Positions 62,190-64,000 of a stretch of DNA of 64,000 bases are shown piece after piece; positions within the stretch are counted from its first letter, which is position 1, and each line of letters starts with the position of its first letter. This stretch comes from Squalus acanthias. Lineage: Eukaryota. The stretch spans positions 151,034,001-151,098,000 of the forward strand of contig CM059432.1 in the NCBI GenBank assembly GCA_030390025.1, read 5' to 3'. The position numbers and the translations under genes are program-made. The notes beneath the pieces are model-generated. The model saw only the letters and a program-made list of their open reading frames with translations, was not told the origin of the DNA and ran no database searches.

Positions 62190-63075
62190 TTAGTGAATTG
62201 CAGTGAATGGTGAGACACAACGGTATCCCCCGCATTGGCGATGAGTGTGAAAGGAATGGCTTGGGCATTGTAGGGATGCTTTATGGTGTTGGTGTGGGGT
62301 GGTGCCAACCTGGCGCATCATGTGGCAGCCAGGGTGTACAGCGTCAAGTGAAGTAAATGTGGCCATGGTGAGGCCATCGCTAGCGTCCCGGGCAGCAATG
62401 TGCATGGGTGATGATGCCCTGTGTCCTGTGCAGCATCAGTTGATTGCGGAAAGGTTGGTGTTGTTGTTGGTGCTGCTGGTGTGCCTGGTGCTTCTGGTGT
62501 TGGGGCTGATTGTGGTGGGATTCTGAGGACCATGGTGAGATAGTTTCAAGGGCACCGATGCTGATGTAATAGATGGCAGGTGAGGTTGAGATGATAGAAG
62601 CGATCTGTCAATGGTGGGAGAGGTTGTTCCAATGAGCTGCCACTGGATAGAGAATTTACTCCAAACACTTGCAACCTGCATAAAGCTCAATCTGTCTTCC
62701 AAATGCAGTAAGCAACAGCTTCTGAGCTTTGAAAGTGAACAGCTGTGAGATGGGAGCTTTTATAGCACATTTGCAGCTGTCAAGTAATGAGATGATTCCA
62801 TGGTCATACAACTCCCGACCTCCTTACCTGAAGTGATCCCTGAGCAGCGTGGACCCCGTGGGCAACCTCCTAAAATGTAAAGGTGAGCTCAAAATAATTC
62901 TCAATGGGCTGTTAATAAGGTCATAATGACCTGAATTGCCTCCCCTGCCACTGCGTGTCGGGTCTGTTCAGCCCTGACAGACCTGACAGCTGGGAAAGCT
63001 GCATGGTGGTGGGTTGACAGCGGGGTACCGATCCGCCACCAAACACGCCCGCTGACCCCCCGAAAAATTCCCCCC
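62190..63075 (-). mobile_element. Harbinger terminal relic
   Basis: TIR-like AAAATTCCCCC end; Q/H-rich frame (HNQPQHQKHQAHQQHQQQHQP) resembling the 12870 segment. Confidence 0.45.
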
Positions 63076-64000
63076 AAAGAATCCTAAAATGATACAGCAC
63101 AGAAGCAGGTGCTTCGACCCATTGTGTCTGTGAATTCGTTATCCAATTAGTCCCACTCCCCTGCCCTTCCCCATAGCCCTGCCAATGTTTCCCCTTCAAT
63201 TATTTATCCCTTTTGAAAGTTACTATGATATGTGCTTCCATCACCCTTTTAGACCGTGTATTCCAGATCATAACAACTCACTGAGTAAAAAGAATTCTCC
63301 TCATCTCGCCTCTGGTTCTTTGGCCAATTACCTTAAATCTGTGCCCTCTGGGTAACGATTGTTCTGCCACTGGAACGAGTTTCGCCTGATTTACTCTATC
63401 AAAACCCTTCATGATTTTGAACTCCTCTATTAAATCTCCCCTTAAACTTCTCTGCTCTAAGGAGAACAACCCCAGCTTCTCCAGTCTCTCCGCATAACTG
63501 AAGTCCCTCATCCCTGGAACCATTCTAGTAAATCTCTCCTGCACCCTCTCTAAAGCCTTGACATCCTTCCTAAAGTGTGGTGCCCAGAATTGGACACAAT
63601 ACTCCAGCTGAGGCCGAACCAGTGATTTAGAAAGGTTCAGCATAACTTCCTTGCTTTTGTACTCAGTGCTTCTGTTGAAAAAGCCCAGGATCCCAGGTGC
63701 TTTTTTAACAGCCTTATCAACTTGTCCTGCCACCTATTTGGATATGTGACCTCCAGGTCTCTCTGTTCCTGCACCCCCTTTAAAATTGTACCATTTAGTT
63801 TATATTGCCTCTCCTCATTCTTCCTTCCAAAATGTATCATTTCACACTTCTCTGCATTAAATTTAATCTACCATTTGTCTGCCTATTTCACCAGTCTGTC
63901 TATGTCCTTCTGAAGTCTGTTACTATCTTCCTCACTCATTTCTGAGTTTTATATCATCTGCAAACTTCGAATTTATGTCCTGTATACCCAAACCCAGGTC
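63076..64000 (-). mobile_element. CR1 3' part, runs off the window
   Basis: KFADD, HFGRKN, LVRPQLEYCVQFWAP. Confidence 0.92.

Overview
Vertebrate genomic DNA, most likely a cartilaginous fish (inferred from the CR1/HER1-type LINE, HE1-like V-SINE, Deu-domain SINE, Penelope and Harbinger repertoire). No host protein-coding gene is recognisable. Most of the window is nested transposons: many CR1 LINEs (two near full length, with zinc-finger/esterase ORF1 and APE-RT ORF2), L2 LINEs, three copies of an ORF1-less CR1-group LINE (two retain a tRNA-derived head), a Penelope-like element, one near-intact and several decayed PIF/Harbinger transposons, many Harbinger-type MITEs, and SINEs. Best leads: (1) a T_TTA_AAC-TAG slippery site at the ORF1/ORF2 junction of two different CR1 families, with ORF2 in the -1 frame (candidate programmed -1 frameshift); (2) a protein-coding LINE with Pol III A/B boxes and a sense strand almost free of TTTT (candidate Pol III-transcribed LINE); (3) two minimal hammerhead ribozymes with compensatory stem I changes in Penelope termini; (4) TATA-phased 5' promoter monomers in a CR1; (5) a shared quasi-palindromic Harbinger target site; (6) a 19x26-bp minisatellite born from a CR1 3' UTR. 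All calls were made by eye with no database searches; family names are best matches from memory, and boundaries without a TSD are approximate.
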